From assembly GCA_965218095.1 (NCBI GenBank), contig OZ244587.1, positions 6,208,001 to 6,272,000 on the forward strand: a DNA stretch of 64,000 bases, written 5' to 3'. Below, piece after piece: positions 42,205 to 53,381 of this stretch (position 1 is its first letter; each line of letters begins with the position of its first letter). Both the position numbers and the translations under genes were made by a program. The DNA is from Candidatus Poribacteria bacterium (lineage in GTDB: Bacteria > Poribacteria > WGA-4E > PCPOR2b). The notes below the pieces were generated by a model, which searched no databases, was not told where the DNA came from, and worked only from the letters and a program-made list of their open reading frames with translations.

Positions 42205-42810
42205 TTACTGTTGCGATTGCTGTTGAAGTTTTCTGAGTTTTCCACGAAGGAGTTGTCGCTTCAGGCCGCTAACGTAATCGATGAATAGGATGCCATCGAG
42301 ATGATCGATTTCATGCTGCAGGACGCGAGCAAGTAAGCCTTCCCCCTTAACGCGAATCGGCTCTCCATCAATGTTTTGTGCTGTTACTACCGCCTTCACT
42401 GCCCGCTTGACCTCAGCGGCAATACCGGGAACACTCAAGCATCCTTCCTCCTCGGTTACCTCCCCTTCAAGGTTTTGGATTTTAGGGTTAAACAGCACCA
42501 ACGGACTGCTCGCCGGGTCATCTCGGCTCACATCAATCACAACTAATCGCTTCAAAATTCCAACCTGTGGCGCCGATAACCCCACGCCCGTCGGCCCAGC
42601 GTACATCGTTGCGAGCATATCTTCTGCGAGTTTTCGTTCAAAGTTTGTGATTTCCTGAACAGGGAGTGCTTTTTCTCGCAATACCGGATCGCCGTAGAGT
42701 CGAATGAGGAGAAGTCCTTCGTGATGGTTTGGAGGGGAACTATCTGCGGTTTGGGCTGTCGTTATCTTTGGAGGTGACGCGGTGCGTTTTCTTCGCTTAC
42801 GCTTTGCCAT
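42205..42810 (-). CDS. def: Peptide deformylase
   Basis: GVGLSAPQVG, EEGCLSVP, QHEIDHLDG. Confidence 0.95.
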   Translation of the reverse strand: MAKRKRRKRTASPPKITTAQTADSSPPNHHEGLLLIRLYGDPVLREKALPVQEITNFERKLAEDMLATMYAGPTGVGLSAPQVGILKRLVVIDVSRDDPASSPLVLFNPKIQNLEGEVTEEEGCLSVPGIAAEVKRAVKAVVTAQNIDGEPIRVKGEGLLARVLQHEIDHLDGILFIDYVSGLKRQLLRGKLRKLQQQSQQ

Positions 42811-42866
42811 TTCCGAAGAGAGACTCCATCTTGTTTGAATCAAGGTTTCTGGGATTTTTTATTATT

Positions 42867-44791
42867 AGGACTTACGCAAGCTCCATGCGAATCGCAGGAG
42901 ATTTGAGTTGTTGTCGTAAATACTCCTCCAACACTCCGTGTTTGACCTGATAAATGGTTTGCTGGGTCTGATACGCCACGTGCTCGAGCCGAATCCAAAC
43001 GAATAATGCACAACCAATATGGTTGCGAACAAGCCGTGCCACTCGGCATTGACAACCTTCAACTCCTGTCAACTGTTTGGCTTGCCGGTGAAATTGCTCA
43101 ATCTTCCAGCGCCAGTTACACGCCTGTTGTGCAACCGAAGTGTCGTTTTGAGCCAAGTCGTTGGTCACAACATAATCCGTGCGTCTGTTAGAAGACGCGA
43201 CCCAGAAAAGTTTCACCCCCGATCTTATCGGGATTCAGAGCACCTTGTGATGCTTGGGAAATCCGCTGATTTTGAGAAGTTTCCCGCGTCGGATTTTGGT
43301 CTCACTCCACTGCAATCGATCAACACGCGGGTAAGGCTTTTGCGCATTGGAATCATCCACCCCGATAAGATCGGGATTCGAAGCAACCTGACGATTGGAT
43401 TTCAGCGGGCAATAGTAATGTTTTCGGAGCCGCTCAATGTGTATCATCAAATCTTTGGTGGCATACCAGCAATCCATAAGGAGAGTTGCTTCTGATAGAC
43501 TAGGTTCTGTTGACATTTCAAGGGAGCCATATAAGAGTGGAGACAAAGCTGAGAAATCCAAAATAACGGACAGCTAGCTTCTCAAACCGAGAGAAGATAC
43601 GACGATACCATTTTATCTTGTTGATGAAACATTCAACCTGATGTCTCTCTTTGTATAGGCGTTTGTCATACGTTCTTTGGTCAACACGATGACTTTTGGG
43701 CGGTATCACCGCAATCGCTCCATTCGCCTCAATAACCGCGATAAAAGCGTCCGAATCGTACCCCTTGTCTCCAATCACATATTCACTGTTATATCCGATT
43801 ATCAACCCTTCCGCCTCAGTTATGTCATGTCTCTGACCAGGGGTCAGATGTATTCTTAGGGGATTGCCTAGTCCGTCAACTGTGATGTGAATTTTTGTAC
43901 TGAAACCGCCCCGAGAGCGACCTAATGCTCGGTTTTCAGTGCCACCCTTTTTTTTAAGGCGCCAGCCGCAGACGGGTGAGCGCGGAGATTGTACTGTCCA
44001 CAATAAGCGACTCGATATCGGGGTCAGAGGCGAAGTGGTAGTGGATCTGTGTGAAGCCCCCTTTGTCGCACCATCGAGCAAATCGCTTGTAGCGGGTGTT
44101 CCATTTGCCATAGGTGTCTGGTAGAAGTCTCCATTGAGCCCCGCTACGAGTCACCCACAGGACGGCTTCGACGAAGCGGCGTGTAGCAACTTCGTCGCCA
44201 ACATAGATGGTGGGACAGCTTAGAAGAAACCGGTATATCTTATTCCATTGGTCATCGGGTAAGGTTATTGGCGTCATTCTTCTATTATGCCACAACCTTA
44301 TGCTCAAATGTCAACAGAACCTAGTAGGGATAACATCTCCTTAACGTAATCTAATTTGCTCTTGCCATCCCCCTGTGGGTCGTACAGAAACGGTCTAAGG
44401 CGGGATTGACATAGACACAAGTCACCACACCGATACCGTTGCTTTCGCGTTTCCACTATACTGACGACGCACCAACGCGATGTTCCGGGCGTAGCGCTTG
44501 TCCAAAACGGTGTCATCAAAGATGACATTTTCCTGTTGGGTTTGCACAATGTGCGGTTTGACATTTTCCCATACCAAGCGAGGCGGGATACGCTCACCGG
44601 CGAGATAACGGTTTATCATATCATGACTGAAACTTCTGCTATGATCAGCGAAATGGGTTAAGGTATAGTTGATTGGGCTGCTGAGCAAATACTGACAGTA
44701 GTCGAGTCGAGTGGGTTTGGCCATATTCACCTCCATGCTGCTCATTCTACTGCTTTTCACCGCTTGTGTCTATTTATTTTGCGTAAGTCCT
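42867..44791 (-). mobile_element. IS701-family element, degenerate, interrupted by an IS5 copy and two palindromic inserts
   Basis: TIR AGGACTTACGCA / TGCGTAAGTCCT; transposase pieces MAKPTRLDYCQYLLSS, FDDTVLDK, DCWYA, RWKIEQFHRQAKQLTG. Confidence 0.85.
43503..44321 (-). mobile_element. Second IS5 (IS427-type) copy, inverted relative to the first and nested in IS701
   Basis: Same TIRs; TA duplication (43501-02, 44322-23); near-identical protein with an extra indel near 43985. Confidence 0.92.
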
Positions 44792-45083
44792 GATCATATC
44801 ACTGGGAGAAAGGATGGATGGTTTTCTTCCTCCGGTCAGAGACCGATGTTCAATGTCGGTAGTAATATTTCGGAAAACTGAATGCCCTCCACTTAAGGCA
44901 ATTCAACTTTGACGTTCATCAACAACTATGCTACAATTAAGAAACAACAATATCTTAACACAGAAGTGTGCTTTTGACAAGTTCATGATGCATGTTTCAG
45001 GACGATTCAATTTTTGAATCAGAAGCGAGTGTCGATAAAACACATTGCGCCAAACATTATTCGATTACTATAGGAGGCTTTTT

Positions 45084-45890
45084 ATGCTAACTACGGAGCA
45101 AGTTGCAGCCTATAAGCGAGATGGCTACATCAAAGTTGAAGGGCTTTTCACACCGGAAGAGGTCAAACAACTCGGATCTGAAATGATTCGGATTATTGAA
45201 GAATGGGGGCAGGAGACCATTGGTTGGCGCGGTCCATGGCGGGATCGATACCTGGCTGAGGATGAACGCCAAAATACGAAGGCGGTGCTCATGCACAATC
45301 CCCATTTTTATTCGGTGACCTGGGGACGGGTGATTTTCCACGAACGTCTGGTCGGTTGCGTACAAGGTCTTATCGGTCCGAGCGTCCAATGGCATCATAC
45401 GGTTCTACACGCGAAACCGCCAGAATTAGGAACGCCTTTCCCCATGCACCAGGACTATCCCTTCTATCCGCACGACGATCTGGATTTCGTCGATTGTCTG
45501 GTTCACCTCGACGATACGCCGCTTGACAGCGGATGTCTCTGCGTCGTACCGGGCAGCCACAAGAATGGTGGTCTGGAGCACATCATGGGACCAGATACGG
45601 CGCCACACCTTCCGACTGACGTGTATCATCCGGACAAGGTCGAATCGATCGCTGTCCCCGCGAAGGCGGGAGATGTTATTTTCTTCAACTACTGTCTGAT
45701 TCACTGGTCCAATGTCAACAGGACGGATCAATGGCGCAAGTCTGTCCGTTTTGGTTATCATGACTCAGCGATGCGTCCGGTCGGCAGAGATGAGAATGAT
45801 CCCTACCGGATTGATCCCAACAACGTACTCGAGCGCAACAACAACATCATCGCTGCGGGGTTTAAGGAGAATCATGCAGCGACGACCTGA
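45084..45890 (+). CDS. Phytanoyl-CoA dioxygenase (PhyH) family Fe/2OG oxygenase
   Basis: AKPP, MHQDYP, GCLCVVPGSH, AGDVIFF...IHWS..N. Confidence 0.9.
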   Translation: MLTTEQVAAYKRDGYIKVEGLFTPEEVKQLGSEMIRIIEEWGQETIGWRGPWRDRYLAEDERQNTKAVLMHNPHFYSVTWGRVIFHERLVGCVQGLIGPSVQWHHTVLHAKPPELGTPFPMHQDYPFYPHDDLDFVDCLVHLDDTPLDSGCLCVVPGSHKNGGLEHIMGPDTAPHLPTDVYHPDKVESIAVPAKAGDVIFFNYCLIHWSNVNRTDQWRKSVRFGYHDSAMRPVGRDENDPYRIDPNNVLERNNNIIAAGFKENHAATT

Positions 45891-46163
45891 TACCTTCCCT
45901 TTTAAAACGCTGCAAAAGCACGGTACTATATTTTTAGAGTTTTGGGTCTATGTCAAGGACTGCCTTGTAGGAAGCAAGTGTATCATCATACTGCCCCTGT
46001 TTCGCATAGGCATCACCCAAACTGCAATGTGCAAAAGCATGGTTTGGATTTCCTGCTGTTTTTTACGATAAAGAATGGCTACCCCTTTTTCATATAGTGC
46101 TTTTAACTTTTGAAAGAAACTCATTTCTATTTCTCCCTGTAGTTTCGCGGAAGTTGGGATAGT

Positions 46164-47180
46164 TCAATCGTCAACCATCAACTCAATAATTTGGCGACGC
46201 CGTGCGGATTCACGCAGCGCATCGCAGACACGCATGGTATTGACGGCTTCAGTTGGCCATTGGGTTTCAAGCTGTCCGGATCGAACAATATCTGAAAACC
46301 GTTCGATCATGTGTACCTCTTGGATACAGCCTTCGACCCGATGTTCTGCATCCACCCCCTGAGCACCATGTACCCAGAAACGAGCCGTATCTTCTTTCCA
46401 GGGTATCGTGAAATCGTCGCATACCAGGGAGGCTTGGGCGCCAGCTACCTCGAACCACCTTCGACTTCCTGTATCGAAGCCGCAATCGAACGAGGCCATC
46501 CGTTCATCTTCAAACCAGAGCAAGCCTGACAAGCTGAGATCTATGCCACGATAATAGCGCGCGGCGGCGAAAACCTGCGTTGGGAAGTCGCCAAAAGCCC
46601 AGAGAATGCAGCGGACGCAATAATAGCCCAAATCCCCGAGGCTGCCGCCAGCGAGCTCCTTTTTTACGCGGATGTTGTCTTCGGGGATTTTGTCCCAGCT
46701 ACCGGTAAATGCCGCCGTCACTCGACGCAGCCGCCCTAAGGTTCCATCGTCTACCATCCACTTCATTTCAGCGGTGCGTTTGTGATGCATCCACATGACG
46801 CCATCCATCAGTTGCACATCGTTTTTTCGGCAGGCGTCTACCATCGCCAACGCTTCCTCCGTGTTTGCCGCCAACGGTTTTTCGCAGAGCACATGTTTGC
46901 CGTGTTCAGCCGCTTTGATGGTCCATTCGGCGTGCATTGATGGCGGTAGCGGGATGTAGATTGCGTCAATTTCCGGATCATCGAGAAGCGCCTCATAGGT
47001 GCCGTAAGCACGTCCAATCTGGTATTCGGCTGCCCAGTTTTTGGCGCGTTCCTCCGTCCGACTGGCGACTACCACTAATTCGGCGCCGCACCCCAGTTTT
47101 ATTGCGCGGCTCACCTTTGTCGCGATATTCGCAGTGCTCAAAATCCCCCAACGCACGTTCTGTTTCGGTTCGGTTGTCAT
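46164..47180 (-). CDS. Gfo/Idh/MocA family oxidoreductase
   Basis: RWGILSTANIA, GKHVLCEKPL, GGSLGDLGYY. Confidence 0.92.
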   Translation of the reverse strand: MTTEPKQNVRWGILSTANIATKVSRAIKLGCGAELVVVASRTEERAKNWAAEYQIGRAYGTYEALLDDPEIDAIYIPLPPSMHAEWTIKAAEHGKHVLCEKPLAANTEEALAMVDACRKNDVQLMDGVMWMHHKRTAEMKWMVDDGTLGRLRRVTAAFTGSWDKIPEDNIRVKKELAGGSLGDLGYYCVRCILWAFGDFPTQVFAAARYYRGIDLSLSGLLWFEDERMASFDCGFDTGSRRWFEVAGAQASLVCDDFTIPWKEDTARFWVHGAQGVDAEHRVEGCIQEVHMIERFSDIVRSGQLETQWPTEAVNTMRVCDALRESARRRQIIELMVDD

Positions 47181-47386
47181 GATTCCCTCGCTTGAAGTCT
47201 GTTCAGGTGGTCAAAATCAGTACTTGCGGCTTTCTTCTTGCGGGTAAATACCGGAGCTTTCCAAGTCATTCTGCGGTTTCTTCGGCACATTACCCTTAGA
47301 AAAATTTGCTTGGCATACATTCACGACTCTGATATAATAGATCAAAATGAAGCATATCCCATTTCTGATGAGGAGTCAAGAGGAAA

Positions 47387-48289
47387 ATGAGACGTTTCTT
47401 GTTTGTTGTGTGTGTGATTTTGCTGGTGGTCGGAAGCACTGCCTGGGGATGGTGGTCGGGAGGACATGGCATTTTGACGCGGGCAGCGGTGAAAGCGCTG
47501 CCCAATGACGCGCCGGAGTTTTTCCGTTCAGGAGAACGAATGATTGCCCACTGTTCGTACGATCCGGATATAGCAAAAAATCGAGGTGCGGCCTATGTTC
47601 GGGGGGTAGAGCATCCAGAGCACTACCTGGATCTGGAGCTCTTGCAAGGACACCCGCTGCCGAAAAGCCGGTATGAATTTACCCGGTTGTGTGCTGAACT
47701 GGACGTTAAGCCCGAAGAGGTGGGGTTTGTGCCTTACGCCGTTGCCGAATGGACAGAACGTCTTGCCGTGGCGTTTGCAGAACACCGAAAATGGCCCGAC
47801 AATCCCTTTATTCAAAGCAAATGCCTGGTTTATGCGGGCTTTATCGCCCACTATGCGCAGGATATGTGCCAACCCCTGCATCTGACAATTCATTTTGATG
47901 GGTGGAAACAACCGACTGGATCCGTCCTGCATAAAGGTATCCATGAGAAAGTGGATGCGCTTATCGAGTATCTGACCCTCGATCCGTCGTCCCTGGCAAA
48001 AGATCAGCAGATCGAGCCGCTCGATGATCTGATGGCCAGTATTGTGAAGGAGTTTGATGCTGGGTATTCCCTGATCAACCGGGTGTATGAACTAGGGGAT
48101 AACCTGCCGTCTTTTCGAGACAAAGACTGGGTGCGCGTACCTGAGATAGTCGACTTTGCGGTGGAGCGTGCTCGTGAATCCACACGTTTTACGGCTGCTC
48201 TCTACCTAACGGCCTGGGAGTTGTCAGGTAAGATCAAGCTGGCGGGCTGGCTGGACCGTGCACAGGTCGACGGAAAAACAGCTAAATAA
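47387..48289 (+). CDS. Secreted S1/P1 nuclease or Zn-phospholipase C-like protein
   Basis: Signal peptide then WWSGGH; DPD, EHYLDLE, AHYAQDMCQPLH, IHEKVD Zn-ligand pattern. Confidence 0.78.
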   Translation: MRRFLFVVCVILLVVGSTAWGWWSGGHGILTRAAVKALPNDAPEFFRSGERMIAHCSYDPDIAKNRGAAYVRGVEHPEHYLDLELLQGHPLPKSRYEFTRLCAELDVKPEEVGFVPYAVAEWTERLAVAFAEHRKWPDNPFIQSKCLVYAGFIAHYAQDMCQPLHLTIHFDGWKQPTGSVLHKGIHEKVDALIEYLTLDPSSLAKDQQIEPLDDLMASIVKEFDAGYSLINRVYELGDNLPSFRDKDWVRVPEIVDFAVERARESTRFTAALYLTAWELSGKIKLAGWLDRAQVDGKTAK

Positions 48290-48324
48290 AACCAAAAGCA
48301 TCCCTTCGATTTGGGGTGACTGCC

Positions 48325-49419
48325 ATGAAAAGTAAACTGTATCTCGTTGGTTCTTTGTGTCTGATGAGTTTGATAATCGCCGCCTGTGCATCGCATCGAG
48401 AAATTAAGCCTCAAGGCGAAGTCGTGGATGCACTGGACGAGCAGATCACACTTCTCATTGAGCAGCTTGGGGAAAGCTTGCCTCCAGACGCCTGTTTGTG
48501 GCCATCTCAAGCCGCTGCGAAACAGCTACAAGAAATTGGCGAGCCGGCCATACCTGCCTTGATAGAAGCATTATCAAATCATGAAAATATACTGATTCGT
48601 CGCCAAGCTGCTTTCGCCTTGGGGTGGATCGGTGAACCTGCGAAGGACGCAGTTCCTGCGTTGATACGGGCACTAAAGGGTAAGCATGTCGGGGTTCAGG
48701 GCAGTGCGGTAAGTGCGTTGGGAAGGATCGGTCCTGCAGCTCACGCAGTTGTCCCGGAGTTAGTAAAAGCACTGAGTCACGGGGAAAACTATTTCCGCCC
48801 CGGTGTGATTTCGGTGTTGGGTCGGATTGGTGATGCCTCTGACGCCGTCATGTCTGCGTTGATTTGGGCATTACATGAGAAGCGGAGCGCTGTCGTTCGT
48901 ATCAGGGCAGCTTCGGCGCTCTATCGACTTGATCCATCCAAGCAGAATCTGGTTACGCCCGTCTTAATGGAGATATTGAGTCGCGAGCATGTTAATCTTC
49001 GTATTTCCGCTGCTAAAGCATTGTATCAAGTGGATGAGTCCAAGCGAGACATCGTGGTTTCCGTATTGATAAGTGCATTGAGCCATGAGAAGGAATAGAT
49101 AGGCAAACAAGCTGTCAAAGCATTAGTCAGAATGGGTAAGCCTGCGGCGCCTGCATTGATAGAAGTAATGAAAAACGGAGATGTTGAAGCTGGTCCCAAA
49201 GCGGTTTCCATGTTAAGCAAGATTGGCGAACCTGCGGTGCCTGCACTGATAGAGGCATTAAGCGATGAGAACGGGGCCGTTCGTCTGAACGCTGTGATTG
49301 CGTTAGGAAAAATCAGCAGGCCTGCGAAAACGGCGGGGCCTGCATTGATTGAGGCTTTGCAAGATGATAGCGAGTGGGTACGCGAATATGTGGCTGAGGC
49401 GTTGAAGCAGGTTCGCTAA
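48325..49419 (+). pseudogene. HEAT-repeat lipoprotein with in-frame TAG at 49096-49098
   Basis: Lipobox IAAC; repeats AVPALIEAL...VRxxAxxALG; ORF 49132..49419 is in the same frame. Confidence 0.8.
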
Positions 49420-49503
49420 CTTGAAAGGGTCAAAGCCATTGAAAAAAGATGAGAATATGTTATCGGAGTTGGCAAAGACCTGACTTACTACCTTTCTGTA
49501 AAA

Positions 49504-50091
49504 ATGTCACGAATCTTTCGACCTTCACTGTGGGTGCCGTTCATCTGCTGCATATCTATCACGGCGTTCGCTGAAGATGGCAATTTTTTCACACGGCTGG
49601 ATCAAGATATTTTCGATGCCATCTATGACGCGCCGCCTCAGCGTGAACCACTCGGCACAATCATGGAATGGGGCACCGAATTCGGCGACTCCAAGGCGAT
49701 TATGGGGCTTTCCATCCTCCTGATGGCTTACGGAGATGATGCACACCGTGAAACGGGCAGATTGATGTCATCGGCTTTCATCGGCACAGGGATGGTCGTT
49801 CTCGGCATGAAGGAGATTATCCGACGCAAGCGGCCGCTGGATGATCAGGTCGGCGATCCGGCCTTTCCGTCGGGGCATACTGCTTTCGCTTTCGCCGGCG
49901 CGACTATCCTTGCCGACCGGTATCCGAAATTGCGTATCCCGCTCTACATCGGTGCAGGCCTGGTTGGCGTTTCCCGAATCTATCTGGGCAGGCATTACGT
50001 CTCTGATGTCGTTGGCGGTGCAGCCGTTGGGACGATTACCGGCATGCTTGTTTTACACCATCGGGTCACGTTGTTAAGGTGGGAGTTTTAA
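49504..50091 (+). CDS. PAP2 superfamily phosphatase
   Basis: KEIIRRKRP, FPSGH, SRIYLGRHYVSD. Confidence 0.92.
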   Translation: MSRIFRPSLWVPFICCISITAFAEDGNFFTRLDQDIFDAIYDAPPQREPLGTIMEWGTEFGDSKAIMGLSILLMAYGDDAHRETGRLMSSAFIGTGMVVLGMKEIIRRKRPLDDQVGDPAFPSGHTAFAFAGATILADRYPKLRIPLYIGAGLVGVSRIYLGRHYVSDVVGGAAVGTITGMLVLHHRVTLLRWEF

Positions 50092-50124
50092 ACCCTTGAA
50101 AAGGTTTAAAACCTTTTCAAGGTT
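50092..50124. repeat. 33-bp REP-like palindrome, copy 1
   Basis: ACCCTTGAAAAGGTTTAAAACCTTTTCAAGGTT. Confidence 0.75.
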
Positions 50125-50129
50125 CGAGC

Positions 50130-50925
50130 AGCCGATAAATCACAGGACAGTACGCGGGGACATCAATGAATGCGGTTAAGCCCTTTCTGAGTTCGTCAAC
50201 CGGTCTGGACTTTTCCGTGCGCAGATGAACCGCAAAACTCCGCCGTGGCTCTCCTGACAAGTTGGGACCGCTACCATGATAGGTGAGGTTGTGATGAAAA
50301 CTGACCCCGCCGGACGGTAGAATCGCGGAGACCTCCTCTCAACTTTCATCATCAGGTGCCTCAATTTCTTCCCGTTGCGCATCGTGGTTTTGCTCATAGA
50401 AGTCACCCTGGTTGAGTAGCCCCCATTTGTGTGAACCCCGAACGAATTTCATGGGGCCGGCCTCCGCGGTGACATCGCTGAGTGCAACCCATGCGGTGAA
50501 AAGTTCGCTCCCTTCTTCCCACACCCCCCAATACTGACGGTCTTGATGCCAGCAACATTTGTGGGAATAACCCCATCTGGGTCAACGGGAGGCTTGTAGA
50601 GGAGTTGCACCCACCAAACCTGCACCATTTGTGCGCCCGTGATTTCGGCTGCGAGTTTTCCAATCGCCGGATGGCTGACCAGCTCCATAATTGCACAGTT
50701 AGCAATCTGGGACATCTTAATCTTGCATAGTTTTTTTGGATCATCTCCGGGATTCCAAAACGATGGCCGCGGCGGCACGCCGGTTTCGTATTCCCCCGCT
50801 CGGACGGCATTCATGCCCTTGATTACGCGTTGAATGAGATCTTTATCAATAATCGGCTCTGGGAGAAGGTAGAATCCATCCGCTTTATATTTCGTGCCTG
50901 CCGAAGAAGGCTTTAGAGCTCGCAT
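50130..50925 (-). pseudogene. PhyH-family dioxygenase, frameshifted
   Basis: WWVQLLYKPP, WHQD, TAWVALSDV, GPMKFVRGSH and FHHNLTYHGS in different frames. Confidence 0.75.
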
Positions 50926-50938
50926 AAATATCTCCTCA

Positions 50939-51766
50939 TCACAAGTGAATTGACTTGAACGACTCGATTTGGGCTGTAATTGCACGCTCCGTTGGCAGGC
51001 GTTCAGCACTCGATGCGCCGTAGAACCCGACGACGCCTTTTGTGTTCTCAAGGATATACTGGGCATCTTCCGGTTCTGCGATGGGTCCGCCGTGGCAAAT
51101 GACGAAGAGCTCAGGGCTGACCATTTTCGCAGCATCGTGAATCGCTTGCACCCGTTTGGCGGCCTCTTCGAGTGTCAATGCTGTTTGCGCACCAATGGAG
51201 CCCTTTGTGGTCAGTCCCATGTGGGCAACGAGGATGTCTGCGCCGGCATCTGCCATCTGCTCCGCCTCCGATTCGTTGAAGGCGTAAGGTGTCGTCAGCA
51301 TGCCGAGGTTATGGGCGGTACGAATCATCCCTACTTCTGGCCCGTAGCCCATACCTGTCTCTTCGAGATTCTGTCGATAAGCCCCATCAATCAGACCCAC
51401 GGTCGGGAAATTCTGGACGCCTGAAAAACCAATCGCATCGAGTTGTTTGAGGAATACGTCCATCAAGCGAAATGGATCTGTCCCACAAACGCCTGCGAGC
51501 ACAGGCACGTTTTTAACGACCGGCAACACTTCGCTCGCCATTTCAACGACAATCTGATTGGCATCACCGTAGGGCATCATCCCCGCCAGTGATCCCCGAC
51601 CCGCCATGCGGAAGCGCCCTGAATTATAGATCACGATGAGATCCACGCCGCCAGCTTCTTCACACTTTGCGGAGATGCCCGTCCCTGCACCTGCACCAAT
51701 AATCGGTTTCCCGGCCTCAATGTTTGCCTGCAATCGGTCTAAAATGTCTTCACGTTTGAATTTCAT
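50939..51766 (-). CDS. TIM-barrel signal transduction / PEP hydrolase-like family protein
   Basis: [46 protein letters not shown]. Confidence 0.88.
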   Translation of the reverse strand: MKFKREDILDRLQANIEAGKPIIGAGAGTGISAKCEEAGGVDLIVIYNSGRFRMAGRGSLAGMMPYGDANQIVVEMASEVLPVVKNVPVLAGVCGTDPFRLMDVFLKQLDAIGFSGVQNFPTVGLIDGAYRQNLEETGMGYGPEVGMIRTAHNLGMLTTPYAFNESEAEQMADAGADILVAHMGLTTKGSIGAQTALTLEEAAKRVQAIHDAAKMVSPELFVICHGGPIAEPEDAQYILENTKGVVGFYGASSAERLPTERAITAQIESFKSIHL

Positions 51767-51794
51767 TTTACACCTCCAAAACCGTCTAAAATTG

Positions 51795-51827
51795 AATCTT
51801 GCGAAGGTTTGAAACTTTCGCAAGGTT
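51795..51827. repeat. 33-bp REP-like palindrome, copy 2
   Basis: AATCTTGCGAAGGTTTGAAACTTTCGCAAGGTT. Confidence 0.75.
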
Positions 51828-51833
51828 GGTCTG

Positions 51834-52829
51834 TTACACTGGAAACACTAACTTCTGATCAAAGAAGACCTGGCTGACGGAACGCCGTTGGTGAATTCTG
51901 AGAATCGCTTGGGCAAGGAGTGGAGCGATGGACAAGACCTTTACTTTGCCGCCGAGTTGTTTCTCAGCCGGAACGGGAATTGTGTTGGTGACAACAACCT
52001 CTTGAATTGATGGGCGATTTAGGCGCTCAAGGGCGGGGCCGACAAGCACCGGGTGCGTAATGCTAAGATACGCCGGCTTGGCACCCGTTTCGACGAGGGC
52101 GTCCGCCTGCTGATAAATACTCCCGCTTGTTATGAGGTCGTCAATGATAATTGGGGTTTTGTCTACAACGTCACCGATAATTTCATTCACGACCTTCACC
52201 TCTCTCCCACCAACGCCGCTTCGCCGTTTGTGCATGATTACTAGCGGCATGCTGAGCATATCGACATACTTGTCCGCCAGCTTCGCTCGTCCGACATCGG
52301 GAGACACGATTACGCCATCTTCAATCTGCTTTTCCTTAAAGTAACTCATCAGCGTCGGCAGAGCGGTTAGATGGTCGGCGGGAATATCGAAAAAACCTTG
52401 AATCTGCGCGGCATGCAGATCGACGGCGACAATCCGATTCGCGCCGGCAGTTGTTAGCAGGTTAGCTACGAGTTTTGCGCTAATCGGCTCTCGCCCTGTC
52501 GATTTGTGGTCCTGTCGTGCATAGCCAAAATAGGGGATGACAGCAGTGATTTGCCGGGCAGAAGCCCGTTTCACAGCGTCAATCATGACCAACAACTCTA
52601 TCAAATTATCGTTTGTCGGTGGGCATGTTGGCTGCACGATATAAATGTCAGCCCCTCGGATGCTCTCTTCAATTTGAGCATGAGTTTCATCTCCGGGAAA
52701 TGTGCTGATTGAAATTTTACCCAATTCGACCCCTAGAATCGTAGCAATCTCCTTCGCCAATTCCGGATTGGCACGCCCGGCAAAAAGATGGAAATCGCTC
52801 CGAACTTCCCCGTCGATTATCGTGGACAT
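51834..52829 (-). CDS. prs: Ribose-phosphate pyrophosphokinase
   Basis: [36 protein letters not shown]. Confidence 0.95.
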   Translation of the reverse strand: MSTIIDGEVRSDFHLFAGRANPELAKEIATILGVELGKISISTFPGDETHAQIEESIRGADIYIVQPTCPPTNDNLIELLVMIDAVKRASARQITAVIPYFGYARQDHKSTGREPISAKLVANLLTTAGANRIVAVDLHAAQIQGFFDIPADHLTALPTLMSYFKEKQIEDGVIVSPDVGRAKLADKYVDMLSMPLVIMHKRRSGVGGREVKVVNEIIGDVVDKTPIIIDDLITSGSIYQQADALVETGAKPAYLSITHPVLVGPALERLNRPSIQEVVVTNTIPVPAEKQLGGKVKVLSIAPLLAQAILRIHQRRSVSQVFFDQKLVFPV

Positions 52830-52877
52830 GGCTGAACCTCCTTGAAAGTGCTAAATAGAGTGCATGGAGTTACTGAT

Positions 52878-53381
52878 TCACCGATTTTCCAATGACCAGC
52901 AGTTCACAATCTCCGGCGGGAAAGCCCCCGACTCAATCTCGGCGATCAGATCTTGAAGCGTCTTCCTCGCCTGGTTTGCCAAATCGGTGTGAATCCAATT
53001 GTGTTGTATAGCCGCATCGAATTCTTCTTCATCTTGGATCTGATAACGCCCATCGGGTGAAACCCACAGATCCAAAAATAAATCGGTGATTTCAAAATGG
53101 GTTTCAGTCCGTTTCATCGGCAGGATGATGTCACAGTAGTATCCTGTAAATTGATCTTCGAGATTATAAATTTTTCCAATGTCATACCAGCGATCGGCGA
53201 AGACAAACCAAACCGCCGTGAAGTTGTCCCCGAGCACAGTAACACCATCAATCACGATCGGACTGGAGGGTTTGATCCGCTGCGCCGTCACAATGATATC
53301 TCCGTCTTCGTAGAGCAGATTTTGTTGAAAGTGGTTCACACGGTGCGGTAGGCGTTTGTAAATCAGTTCGATTGTTCCCAT
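52878..53381 (-). CDS. DUF402 domain protein
   Basis: GYYCDI, DLFLDLWV, DEEEF. Confidence 0.8.
   Translation of the reverse strand: MGTIELIYKRLPHRVNHFQQNLLYEDGDIIVTAQRIKPSSPIVIDGVTVLGDNFTAVWFVFADRWYDIGKIYNLEDQFTGYYCDIILPMKRTETHFEITDLFLDLWVSPDGRYQIQDEEEFDAAIQHNWIHTDLANQARKTLQDLIAEIESGAFPPEIVNCWSLENR

Noticed and set aside
38414-44321. True composite transposon
   Set aside because: Each IS5 copy has its own duplication and a rejoinable target, and the enclosed genes are housekeeping
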